NCBI GenBank assembly: GCA_964247055.1
Contig: OZ176052.1
Location: forward strand, 930,001 to 994,000
Origin: Paragordius varius
Lineage: Eukaryota > Animalia > Nematomorpha
Length of the DNA: 64,000 bases
Direction: 5' to 3'
In this document: one piece after another, positions 37,772-51,036 of the stretch
How positions within the stretch are numbered: position 1 is the stretch's first letter
Layout of the letters: the number at the start of each line of letters is the position of its first letter
Program-made: the position numbers and the translations under genes
Notes under the pieces: model-generated
What the model saw: the letters and a program-made list of their open reading frames with translations, nothing else
Databases searched by the model: none
What the model was told of the DNA's origin: nothing

Positions 37772-38189
37772 TCTATATATTTATAAAAATGGAAAATGCT
37801 GGCTTTGTGATCTGGTACAGGAAAACCGGTAGACCCAATCAAATCCAAATATCGAAAAATATAATCTTTAATGAATGCCTTGACAAGATCTTCGCCCGTT
37901 TTTTGATATAGGCCCCCAGTTCGGGCCCACCCCATGTGAAAAGCGGGTTTTTTTTGAAAACAGAAGTCCACAAAAATCGTGTCTTTAAGACAATTTTCCG
38001 GAGAACGTGTTGGACCATTCAATTTCAAATATGATTTTGGTTTACTTATTTTCGATTGCGCTGAACATAGTCGTCTCGCTTTTTTGATTTAGGCCCTCTT
38101 TATACGCTCCCCCCGTAAAATACCACCCCCCCCCCCCCCCAGAAGTCCGAAGGACCTCGGGCTGCGTAGCAGCACGAGATTTACGCTAG
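37772..38189 (+). mobile_element. Non-autonomous Helitron, 418 bp
   Basis: A|TCTATATAT 5' end at 37772. GC-rich hairpin CTCGGGCTGC-GTA-GCAGCACGAG (38156-78), then CTAG|T at 38186-90. Inserted in an AT dinucleotide with no TSD. Confidence 0.85.
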
Positions 38190-38260
38190 TAATTTTTATA
38201 AATTTTTTGGTTTTACTGTAAAATAAAAAAAATTTGAATGATAAATACTTCGAAACTAAC

Positions 38261-39385
38261 TACCAATTATTCATAAGTTTTTACCGGTTTTTTAAGTAAA
38301 AATGTAACTTTGATAGGAAATGTATATATTTTAAAAGTCTTGTCCATCGCCTTCTATTCATTTCGCCCATCTTTCAGGTATTTATAAAATACCGTGACAG
38401 AAAAAATGATTATCTTTTACGGAAAACCACTCCTCAAGCAATTTACTAATGTTTTCGAAATTTTTGAAGTGTTCCTATTCTAGGGTGTGTTCTATTGATA
38501 TAGCAACAGGTCAGGAGATTAAGAAATGAGAAATTATTTTCCATCAAAGCGAATTCAAGGTGCCTTTCACTGGTTTTGCTATGTTAGGCGGACCATTGTC
38601 ATGTAGCAAAACTTTGCCAAGTCTTCTGAATACCGTTCTATTTTCGATTAATACAATGTTTAAATTAATCCTTTTTAATAGCACTGTGTATTTTACCGGG
38701 TTTTAAACGTTCACAAGACACAATCTCGCTCCCATCAGTATCAAAGCAGGGGCTTCTTGCTGAAGTGGTTTGGCATTGGTGTTGATGAACCTTGGCAATA
38801 CAATAGTCACAATTTTCTCCCTTTTGGAAAAAAGGTCATTTCTCATCACCCGTCCCAATTAAATGCAAATATGATTTCTTTACGTGACCTGAATCAGCAC
38901 AAATTTATTTTGCGATTTTCTCAAAATTGTGTGGGACCGATTTATCAAGTATACCTCCGATTGCTCGTAATATATTAATTTTTGTGTTATATGTAGAGCT
39001 TTTTTGAACTGTTGTTACGTCTGAGTTGGGTCATCATCCAATAAATCTGCACTTCACAAAAGCGTCTACACTGATTTTAATGAAATCACAACTTTTATAT
39101 TTTCAAATGTTTCAGTTAATTGATAGAGTATGGTCACCATAGATTATCCGCAACGATAACTTTCAACAGCTATGATGATGCGTGCCACAAAATTTTTCAG
39201 GCACAATATGACGAGATTACTAAATTTTTAATATAAAAAGCTAGTTTTTGGCAAACTCAACCCGTGTGTGTGTGTTTTCGTTTAATGTCAGATGAAAAAA
39301 TGGGTTTTGTATCAAATTTATCGTCTGCGTCCTTTTCACTGCCTTCTCTTCATAAAACCTGTAAAAACTTGTGAATATATATAAT
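38261..39385 (-). mobile_element. Decayed mariner (Tc1/mariner) transposon with transposase remnants
   Basis: Minus-strand fragments IYGDHTLS, GTGDEK, ERLKPG, KVLLHDNGPP, SPDL and IPERWAK..GDGQDF match Mos1/Himar-type motifs, with many stops and frameshifts. Imperfect TIRs TATTCA(T/C)AAGTTTTTAC(C/A)GGTTTT near 38268 and 39351-78. Confidence 0.9.
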
Positions 39386-40209
39386 AAATGATGAAAATAA
39401 CTTGGGAACATACCAATTTGGTATAACTGGATTTATTATTAAAAATGAGAATTGTCTATTGATATATCGAAATGCACAATCTTTTAAATTTCAATCAATT
39501 AATTTTTTTATTTAACGACAATCTATTGTCCAGTTAATTGTTTTTTTAACTGTTTATGTAGTGTTATAAATAAGTTTTTCTTTTTTAATTTTGAGTTTTC
39601 ACGGTAAAATAAAAAAGGCTTAATTCTTTTCACTGACCATAGAGAATAAATAAACTTATGTATTACAATGTATTGATGGAATTCCCCGCTTATTTATAAA
39701 CTATGTTGTATTCACACATATATAGTCATGGCTACTATAATATTTATTTTTTTTCTAAACATTAATCATTTATAATTTGTCTCAGTTTATGTTACAATAG
39801 TAATAAGCCTCCTAGAAAGAAAAAATGCTTTTAATCACTAATTTTTGGCGTTTTTCTGGGTAAATTTCCAATGGAGGGTATAAACGGGGGTTAATATTTT
39901 TTGGGAAAAAAATCGATAAATATGCTTTTCATAGCAGACTAACAACGCCAAATCTCATCCTATAATTTTCAAGTAGACTAGGGTCTTAAATAATTGTGTA
40001 TGTGACGCATTTGCAGGGCGTTTAAACGAAACAAATCTAAAATCAGAAGGTTCCTTTCATATCGCTTTATAAAATAACTAAAAACATGTTATACAATATA
40101 TATGAATATATATAGTTGCTTCGTTAATATAAATTAAACTTAAAAATTTAGTTGTTTCCAAAATTTGTTTGTTTAAATATCGATGAAAATCATGCACTAT
40201 ATTATAAAG

Positions 40210-40663
40210 CAGGGGTGTTCAACACAAATGGCTTCGCGGGCATTCTAGTCTCGAATAATCATACGGGCCGCACTTTACATTATATGGGCATTTATAATTA
40301 TTTATTATATTTCTATATAAATTTGTAAAATGCAAAGATTTTCATATAATTTTTTAGTTTATAATATTATTTCATGGATTCAACAATCGTTCTTTTTATA
40401 AAATAACTACTTTTTCTCTAGTTATTGCGACTAAGATATACATTTTAAGAAAATTTGCAAAAAATATTTCTAAAAATTAATCTAAATTTCAAGCCGCATG
40501 TTGGCCACCCCTGTTCAAAGGCTTGGCCGAGGGGGGGGTCATTTCATAAATAGGTATTTATATAGGGTTTGAATTTGTTTTTTTAAAAAGCAGGGGATTG
40601 TATATAGGGGGACGCCATCACGGATTCATGCTTCGAGCGCCAGAAATGCAAACTATGCCTCTG
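40210..40663. mobile_element. Buster-type hAT MITE (40210-40513) with a second hAT-type MITE (40516-40663) inserted at its right end
   Basis: CAGGGGTGTTCAAC...GTTGGCCACCCCTG, then CAAAGGCTTGGCC...AACTATGCCTCTG with approximate 8-bp flanks. Confidence 0.65.
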
Positions 40664-42707
40664 CCTTGTTTAAAAGTTTGCCTTGAAATCTGAACATCCG
40701 TTAATTAATACTAAACGGTGTTATAATATGAAACATTTGTAAACAAAATTATAGTGTTTTTAAATATATGTTTTATCAGCTCTTGTAATTTTCATTAGCT
40801 ATCTAGATTAATTAAATGTTTATAAACATTTAATTTATAAAGTAATGAGTAGTATTATTATAAATTATACATATATATATATTTCGGCCATACACTATAG
40901 CTTTAGGACGTGTGAGCACAAAGGATATAAAAAATTATGAGATTACAGTTCTAAAAACTATAAAAAAGACAAAAAAAAGTGTCACCTAAAAATATTTCTT
41001 GTCGTTTGTATAGATAGTATAATTTCTTCAGAAATTGAGCTTAGCTCTACTCATAAAAAAAGTTTTATCGCTCTTTTATTAATATTATCAAATTGTAAAA
41101 ATGTTGATCTTTTGAAAGTGTCGGTTAATTCTTAATCCTAAAACAATAAAAACAAATGAAATTAAAATATAGGTTTGATTTGAGGGAGAGAGAGTTAGCC
41201 ACACTTTTTTTAGAAAAAACCATTGTTTCAATCAAACACAAAAAGTATGAATTTAAGGCAAGGCAAGGCAGGCAGCATTTGTTTATGTGTTGAACTTTGA
41301 AATAATCAGTGCATATGTCGTCAGGATATATTGTCTGTATACAGAGTAAAAGACTTTTAAAGCCAGCTGCCAGCTTTATCTTATATATTGTACATATATG
41401 AGTGTATATAATAGAGAAGTGTATAAAATTTTGCCTATGGTCATAATTGTAAATCTAACAGATATTTATACATACTATATATGTATTCATGTTTAGAAAG
41501 GCTATTATCTCTTAGTGTAAAACCCTTTCTATTATAAGAAGAATACAAAATATATACTATACTATCCTATGTTATAGCCACTTAAGTCCACAAATATAGT
41601 AATACCTTTCCGACCAACTAATCTCCAGGTTCAATCGATGTATATATTTGCGTTTAACATAGCTTTCTATTAAAAATGTCTGGTTTAATTAGAATTTTAT
41701 GTTTTTTATTTGTGTGTGTATTATTGTATATCGTTAGGAGGTTATCCCCCAGTTTTTTGAATAAAAATATTTGTTTTAAAATTATGATTGTAACTGAATC
41801 AAATTTTCCTACAATCTTTCATATATTTGTTTGATCAAATATTTTAAACATAAATGGATAAAAAATGGCTTATATGGTGGGAATTTTGAAATATAAAGTT
41901 AACGCTTATCAAAGATGCACCTACACATATGTCTCTTATATATTAATAGCTTCCTTCCTCTTTTCAATTATCGATGAAAATAAAAAGGCTTGTATTGAAC
42001 CATATTCTGATTCAAATACATATGCAGGAGTGATCTATTGTCTGGACTTTTGATATTTTTATATACATGTTCGATTGTTTGATCAGTGAGATAGAGAGCA
42101 TGTTATTTACACACAGGATAGAAAGATAGAAATGAATCTATTTTACTCAAAAGGTGAATGATGAATTTTAAAATGATAACTGTCTAGGTGCACCAAACTA
42201 TTTTTTTGCTATGTTTACTTACTTTTTTCTGTTATACTTAGCAGGAGAGTTATATCAGGCTTGGCTTGAAAAAAAAGTATAGTTAGTTTTATTATACAGT
42301 AATAGTAAGTCTTCTATTGTTCTCTCGACATCATGAAGATGAATAAAGGTAATAGGTATGTATGATATGCATAATTCGCACAGTGTTGTGGCCTAAGGAT
42401 AAAGACGAACCATACAATACAAACATATATATTCATGTAAGATATTAACAGTGTTTATATACCTTTTTTCTACATGTTTTAACGTATATAATTTATTTTT
42501 TTGTTTTATACTAGCACACAAAGAGGGACACAATAAAACTTATTTTTGTAGTATAGTGTCGTCAGATAATATAAATATTAAATTTAAGGTTTAAAAATAC
42601 AATGAGCAGTTTAGGAAACGTATATTTTTTTATATATATTTATAAAATAGTTAAAAAACAGCTTTGTTAAAAATAAATTTGATGTTGTTTTATACTTTTT
42701 GAATATA

Positions 42708-42859
42708 CAGTAGCGTATGGCATAAAACAATATTTGTCCATAAAAAAATAAAAAACTGTTTTTTCAACCCTAGTTGTACATATATATATCCATAATACCT
42801 TGTTTTTAAAAAATATTTTTCTTTTACGGACTAATAATGTTTTATGCCATACGCTACTG
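42708..42859. mobile_element. Small MITE, 152 bp, 22-bp perfect TIR CAGTAGCGTATGGCATAAAACA, TA TSD; degenerate second copy at 58966-59085
   Basis: Perfect TIR with TA flanks read directly. Confidence 0.85.
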
Positions 42860-44398
42860 TATTTTTATGTTCAGTTATGGTTATGATATGTGTTTATCTT
42901 GTAGGTGAAATTTTAACAAATTAAGGTATAGGTTATTTATGCGCGATTATATAATTTAAAGAAATGAATAGCTAGCTTTATATAACGTTTAAATATTTAC
43001 ATCTAAAAACAAAAATCCTTTTTACTACAGAGTCGCCTTTCTTAAACATATTTTATCATTAAATAAACGGCGTTTTTATGCACTGCTTTTATTTGATCGT
43101 TTTCATATTTAAATTCATATAAAATTTGGCAATTCATTGGTTTTATCCTTATATTTACCCATACTAAGGCCCATACAACTAAAGGTTAATTTGCATTTTT
43201 TTATTACAAATTCACTCACTATCAACCGTGTTTTTAGCTTCGCATATCCAAATATTGTATAGTTACTGTTTTTTCGTTACAAATTTATTTTTCTGCATTT
43301 TTGTTCTTAGCTATAAAATTGTTAAAATTATATAATGTGTTTTATACATATCATAATAAAAAAATGCACACATGCCCCCCTTCCCTTAACTCCCTAGCTT
43401 ACTATCGTATAATTTATAATTGCGATATTTTAGTTTAAACGCCTAGTTTTTTTCCTCCTTTTCTTTATGTGTACATTAAATTTTTGCCATTTGCAGAGCA
43501 GCAGCACACCCAAAGATACTATTTTGTTACTTACATTACTCATACGAACCCTTCACATATATAAAAACTAAAAAAATTATATACACATAAAAAATAAAAT
43601 GCGTGCTTACCCCGAGCGTTCGTTTTTAACTATCTGATACAGCACAGTAACTAACTATGTAAAAAATTTTCTAAGAATTTAGTTAGATTTACAGCGTATG
43701 CGATATAAAAAAACAGTCTTGGAGCAATATACAGACGTGTCTGCAAAAAATATCAATATACGCGAACAATACATAATATTTATTGTGTTACATTTGCGCT
43801 GTTTCGAAAAAACAACCGTCCATTCATATATCCATTTAATAAATACCCTTCTGTATGCATTGATTGTTTTTAAATAGCAAATTATTATTATTGTGTCGTA
43901 CAAAATTTCATTTTAATTAATAATAACCTGGTTATGATATAAATAAAATTTTATTATGTATATACATTAGTTTAGTTAACTGGTTTCTAAGAAATAAAAA
44001 AACAACAACTATTTTTACCCTTTGTTGTGTACAATACATACTTTATCACCATCATCGAAGCAGCACATATTTTTCCATTTTATTTTTTTTTCTATCACCT
44101 CTCGACCATTTACGTATAGTATATAATTATAATTTTATTTTATTCACTAAACATAGCTAGCTAGCTATACATCGAAAAAAAACGTAAATCTCTGTTTTCA
44201 TATTTTTACCCTATATATCCCCTATGCTATTTTAACCAACATCTTATGATGATACATTTTTAATATTTTTATGTGATTTTACTATACCATTTATACATCT
44301 CCATTTCCCCTCATATAATTATTGCTCATCACAAATATAAATATAACTAACTATATTCAATAATTTATTCTTATATCAATTCCCAAATAAATTTAATT

Positions 44399-47300
44399 AT
44401 GCTGGCTAATGAAACACACGCTCCGGGATCTACGAAATCGACAGAGTTGGAAGATTCCAATTACATTAAGTTGGCTTACGAGGCGTATTTGAATCAAGCC
44501 ATTATGAATGCCGATCGCAAAGACAGAAAAGGCTCAAACGTTCACTCCAATGGAAAAGTAGCGATTAAAACGGAATCCGGAGCATCGCCGAAAAATAATG
44601 CTTCAATCGGCACCCATAATAAATGCTCATCTCCGCAAGAGGAGAATTTATCTTTTGATCTCAAACCCATGGGAATGGCTTCTTTAAATGGAAGCACTCC
44701 TAATGGAAATGAATGCCATGACTCATCGACGATTAAGAATATTACAAATGGTTCTGAAGAAATTGTGGACAATAATAATAGCTTACAGTCCGGCGCCGCC
44801 GCGGTTAAAACGTCCACCGAACAGTACTATAACTTTATTAACAATAAAGAATTCTTCATCGATGCCGTCAAGAACAAAGATTCTCGCCTTAAATTCATAC
44901 GTAAAACAGGGCCCAATCTTAAAAGCGTTATTTGGACCACGTTTAGTGTCATCTATTTCGAAGAGGAAATCACAAATTTTGTAAAGTGTGATCGTTGTGA
45001 TCATGTTTACAAGTATGACAGACGTACGACAGGAACTTCTACCCTTAATCGACATCCCTGCATTAAGTTAACGTTATTAGATCCTTCGAATACGGGAACT
45101 GTTGTGGGAGATATGGTCAATAATGGCGGTACAAATGGATCTGCACCCTTAAACAATTCAATCGTAAATGGAAACGTTGACTCACCAAATACTTTAAATT
45201 CCACACTGCCCCCATCAGTTACGACATCAAATGACAATCAACACATTAATGGTATCATAAATAACAATCTAAATAATACACGTGATTCCTTGCTCTTTAA
45301 TGCTGCTCAAGACAATGATTTGCCTACTATGGTTCCGTTTGGTGGGAATACTTATACTTACTATGCCAAAAACTCAGGTCTTCCTAAAACACTTTCCAGT
45401 TCTTTCAACAATGTATCGTCAACTTCCAAGAAAAATGCGCATACACCTAATAATAATAACCGAAATTTCAATCGCTCGGATACGATTAGCAATGAAATCG
45501 ATCAACTTATGCCTGATGACGAAAAAAGTTCTCTAAATTATTTCCAGGATAAATTTGCTCAATTGATTGAGGCCGCTAAATCCAAAGATTTTGAGAATTC
45601 ATTTGGCAAAGATATCATGTTGAGTAATGGTAATGCTGCTAATATTACTGAAACTCATAATAATCATTTGGACGCTCTTACATCGCAAAATGGTAATAAA
45701 AGAGGTCATATTCAAAACAACGTGTCACATGGCAACGGTTTAAATTTTGATCAAATGGCAAAACATTTGATCAACAAATCGAATTACAACACAGCGATTA
45801 ACAATGGTGGATACATTAGTACTAATCAGCATGGTATCAATGGAAATTTTGCATATGAAAATGGCTGTAATATGGCGAATGGAAATACAAGTTCGAATAA
45901 TGTCAATGTGAGGAATAGTTCAAGTAGGAATAGAAAAGCTGCTATCCGAACTAATGGTGCAAGTCCCTCTTTAATTATAACATCCACACAATCCGATTAT
46001 TCAGGACCTAAAAGAAATGGGCATATGGTTGATTATACTAATATAAATTCAAATGTACCTTTGCAAAATAATGTGGACAATGGTGATATGAATAAAGTTA
46101 ATAATTTTGCTTCAACTATCAGACACATTTTGTTGGGAAAAGCAGCTCCTGGAAATCTTCTTGAAGAGAATATAAGAAATGGTGGAAAGAATTACAACAA
46201 CAGTTATAAGGATATGAATGGATCTAATTCCGTCACAGCCCGAAACGGTCATCATCATCATAATTACAAAGAAATGGCAAACATTTTTGATGAAATGAAC
46301 GGTGTTGGCAATGGCGTGAATAACGAAAATTACAACGTATCGTCTGCGAGTGCGTTAATTAATTCACTAAAGTCTAAATCAAAATTACTTAATGGCCTTT
46401 GGAGGACGGCAGACAATAATGCGTATAATAAGGGTACATTTTATTTTGTATATACATTTTTGAATTTGATTTTTGACCAGTTTTTTTTAAATTGAAGTTT
46501 TTGAAATATTATGTTATAAAAATAACTATAAATTAAAGGATATCAAAATATATTTCTTCTAATTTAATCAAATAAAAATTAGTACATTCGTTTAATTCGC
46601 GAAAGGCCCCCATGTATTAAAAATCTTCAATATCGCAAATAAGTATACTCAAATACATCCTGCAGTTTATTTTAGAAAATTTGGATCCATAAAAGGAGAA
46701 AAGTTTCGTAGAGTTTTTTGTAAATTCATAGTATGGTTGCTAGGAATCCTACATATAATGGCCAAACACTTAGAGCTTAACCAATAAACTTGGTAAAATG
46801 CTTATAAGTTTTGGCCTTTTTTCACAATAAACCCACTAACAATTTCATTACCCACTCTATTTTTAGTTTTTTGTGGTTATTTAATCAAAATGATTATATT
46901 ATAGTCCGTTTCTTAACGACGTTGAATAGTTGTTTCAAAAACAAGGTTACTAGAACAAATTGTACATATACGACCAAAAAAGCGAAAAAAAACAAAAACA
47001 ATTAAAACCGTGGTTTATGTATGAATATATATAAATAGAAGTTAGTAAGACAAACAAGCGGTAAAACTTAAATAAGGGCACTCAGTCTAAAACTAAAAAC
47101 CGAATATAGAGCATACATAGTATATGCCACCAAAAAATATATAGGTTTTTAGGTAGGTTTTCATTTCAAAGTGTTATTATTATTAATAGCTGACTACGCG
47201 TACAATGTCCTATTTTTTTAACTTTTTTTATTTTCGGTTAAAAGAATAAAAAAATTAATTATATAATATCTTAAACTGTCATTACAGTTGATTAATTAAA

Positions 47301-49568
47301 AATTAAAGGCAAGTTAAATAATATTTTACCAGTATATATTATGTTATTATATAGAGACATCATTAAAATCAGGGGTTTCCAACACACGAAAAATTAAAAA
47401 AAATCCATAATTTGCAAGAATATGCTCATAAAATCTTTGTAAAATTGTTCCCCAAACAAATTTTTGTAATTAAGTTTATCCAATTGACAACATTTATAAA
47501 TGTCATTATATCTATTTCGATAGCGGCCAGCCGGTATTAAATTTTAAAAATGTGGCCTGCTAAGCCATTTGTGTTAAACAAACCCGATTTAAATTAACGG
47601 GCTTTGACAAAATTATTTTAAGATTTTAATCGCACATGTACTGATGATGAAAAAAGTTCTGACATATGCGCATATACAGTAAAAATTAAAATTATTCGGA
47701 CAAAACGTACAAATATAAAGGCAATAATTTTTAAGACAACCACCATACTTTTTAAATCTCATTTTTGATAATTATTATTACCAATTGTTTATATTGCAAA
47801 TTTTATATTGTTAAGTGGTAAATAAATATTTTCTATAAGAAAATTAAGGTGTAAAAAGTATGGTTATCTTTTGAAAAAAATATTTGTCTTTATATTTTTA
47901 CGTTTTGTCCTTATTATTATAATTTTTACTGTATTTATGTATATATTAGGTGTCGAAGTTAGTGGTAAAAATGGTTATGACGCTGAAGCCATCGATCAAA
48001 AATACAAGGTATCAATCCCAAGGAACGATGATGATAGTAAATTTTAAACCTTTGATTAACACATTGTAAACAAAAGAATAATTTTTTCTGGTATTAAAAA
48101 CTAATATATCCATGTGATTAATCATTTGTAGATGCCGTCTTATTCTGGTCCAAAATAGCTCACCTTGGCCTAATGAATGAATTGGTAGATGAGATAAAAA
48201 CATCATTGGAAAGTGTTAAAACATCAATTTTACGGGAACTTTACACCAATCCCCATAGCAATCGGAATGAAACGTTCATTAAGAGTAAGTTTTATTAAAA
48301 TTTTTTTAGGCAGAAAAAATAATGTTAAAGAGCAAGTCTAATTAGGTTTTTTTTATATATACCATACTTCTGATTTAGATACGAAAAAACTCAACTCCAT
48401 AGTAAACGAATTCAACCTTATGAACAAATTTAAGGTTAGATTGTCGGCACATCAAGCCGTAATCCAAACTGAAAAGGATAAAATTAGTCGAGAGATGTTT
48501 GGTAATTAATTAATATTTATTTAAACATATTTTCATAATTCTGATTTATAAGTCAGTAAACCTTATTTTTTCGATTATTTAATTTCCATAGATTTGAAAC
48601 GAAAACTAGAAGTACAAGAAAAGCATCATATGGAACTGTATAAACGCTTTAAATGTTTGGATGAATTGCAAGAGATTGATTTAGCTGTAAACCATAACCA
48701 TGAAAACATCATTTTGCCCAATACAGAGGAGGAAATTAATCAAAATGGCACAGATAGTTTTTGTGGAAGGTTATCTATTAATAATGAATCCAGCACCAGT
48801 CTCCCGGACTGCGATGAACCCGAAAATCTGTGCTTGTTAATCAACAGTAATTTACATGATAACTTAACGCAAAATTTGACCTCCAACGATATAGAAATGT
48901 CTACTGAAAGTATAAATACTGATAATGCCTTACTTAGCATGGGTTGTAGCTTTCAAGAATCTCAGAAAATTAATTCATTACAACATACTTCTACTACAAC
49001 GTCAGAACTTATAGGCGGCCAAAAATTAATCCTCCCTGAGAGCGATAAAGAACTAATTAATCACGATGCGACTAATCAGATTACTAATGGATTCCCCGAA
49101 CAACTTTTATTGAACGGTGGTGAGAAAACCGATGTTACTTGTTGTAATAAAGAAGGAAACGGTTCCGTTCCTGTATATCAAACCCCAAACCAAAACCGAA
49201 GTTTAACTAAAAGTCTGAATAAACTCATTGATAATATAATAACTAGGACAAATGGAGGTGGTAACACGTCAACAGATGTGAAATCTCCAACAATAATATT
49301 ATTAAATGAAAATTCTTCTCAATTCCCAAACAAAGAATCAGAAGCGGTAGAGTCTGAACCCTTAACTAATGGCTCTCATGATCTTATTTTAAAGAACGGT
49401 AAAAATGATGATTCGTCAAAGGAAACATCTGGCAATGATAATCATGATAATGGAACAACACAAAGCACTGAAAATCTCACAAACTCTGTTAAAATCAAAA
49501 ATGAATTTGATACTTTAATGTCATCCAATTTAGTGGAACCATCTAATTCTAAAACTTTAGAGTGCTAA
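44399..49568 (+). CDS. BED-type zinc-finger protein with Asn-rich low-complexity regions and a predicted helical/coiled-coil segment; exons 44399-46433, 47950-48036, 48132-48284, 48379-48501, 48592-49568; 1124 aa
   Basis: BED finger KSVIWTTF...VKCDRCDHVYKYDRRTTGTSTLNRHPC at 44921-45061. Four phase-1 GT-AG introns (1516, 95, 94, 90 nt) join the two large ORFs into 3375 nt in frame. Confidence 0.85.
47370..47586. mobile_element. Buster-type hAT MITE (related degenerate copies at 12042-12163 and 63857-64000, the latter cut by the window end)
   Basis: CAGGGGTTTCCAACAC left end, degenerate right end, flanks attaaaat/atttaaat (7/8). Confidence 0.65.
47677..47931. mobile_element. MITE family A copy, in BED-gene intron 1
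   Basis: TA-CAGTAAAAA...TTTTTACTG-TA with matching TIRs. Confidence 0.85.
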
Positions 49569-51036
49569 ATTTAAACCCCTTTTTTGTATGTATTTAGAAT
49601 TAGTTATAATTCTTATATTATTCATAATATATTGTTCTCTACTGTTAAAATGGCTCAATAATTATATCACTTGTAGACATTCAAATAATTTTTAACTATA
49701 ATATTTTTACCCAATATAATATATTTTATGCAAATCACTCTATACATAAGCATTTATATGAATGGTGGGCATTCACAAAACAGGCTTGCTACTTATACCA
49801 AATGATATTTATATTTAACAATCAATTATATATATATATAAATTTTTTAAATATTTTTAGTCAATATATATGTGTATGAATTTGGAACAATTTGATCTTT
49901 TACATATATATATAATATTTATTGCATAATTATAACATGAGAATATCAATTATAATGTGATATATTTTTAGGATCTATAAATAAATAGTGCTTAGTTTTT
50001 TTTTAAGTTTTTTGGAATTTTTTATTGCTTAAAAAGTTTCTGTATATCCTTTTCCATAGCCTAAAAGGATTGAAATTTTTAATACGGGCTTTTGGGGCAT
50101 ATCTATTATAAGGAATGCCATTTCTATCCAAAATTTTTATAAATTTGTTGCACTAATTTATAACATTATCTTTTTACTTAAACACTAAACCACTTAATTT
50201 GGTTTTTAAAAATTAAAGATATCAGCTGTTCACCATTGATATCGATTTTGGACAACGGTCCAAAAAGATAAGTAGCGAATTTCTTATTTTCTGACTTTCA
50301 TCATCAGATTCTTAGAAATATATTTATAAAACCTGGCTACAAAATTCATTACAAGCTAAAGTTTTAAAGCCTAATCCTTATATTTATCATATAACTATTG
50401 AAATTGTAAAATCCATATCAGTAAAACCACATTTGGAAGCGACATTAATAATACTTTACCTCTGAAATTTTTATACTTTTAAAACTTATATTTTTCTAGT
50501 GAAATATCTTCACCGTTAAACCATAAAATTATAAGTAATTTCTGGAGAAATCGCAGACAATATATTTATACCCGATTGAAGGTTTTAAATTTATATATTT
50601 GTAAATATGTTACAATTTTAGATTATATTTTATTTATCATATATGTATAAGCAAATATGGATCAACATATTTTTTAAATAAATATAAAAATTGATAATGC
50701 TAAATTAAATGCTTTAAGACTTTGATATTAAGTGGTAAATGCTAATTTCAACACATTTTATTCGGAACTTGAATTATAAACTTCATCTTTGCATTGTATG
50801 GCTTTTGGAATTATTTTCAAAATTATTAAAAAATTAAATTTGCCGCTAAAACTTTTTTAGCGGCTATCAAAATTGAAATTTATAAATGTTTTAAGAAATA
50901 ATTGTGATTCTGCAGTAACACCCATTTCCTAAATACCAATTTAGATAATTTTTTATTGATATAAAAGTGTATTGATAATGTGCAAAATATTATCAAAATA
51001 CCTCAAAGTGTATTACTTCGATACACAATGGCTTAA

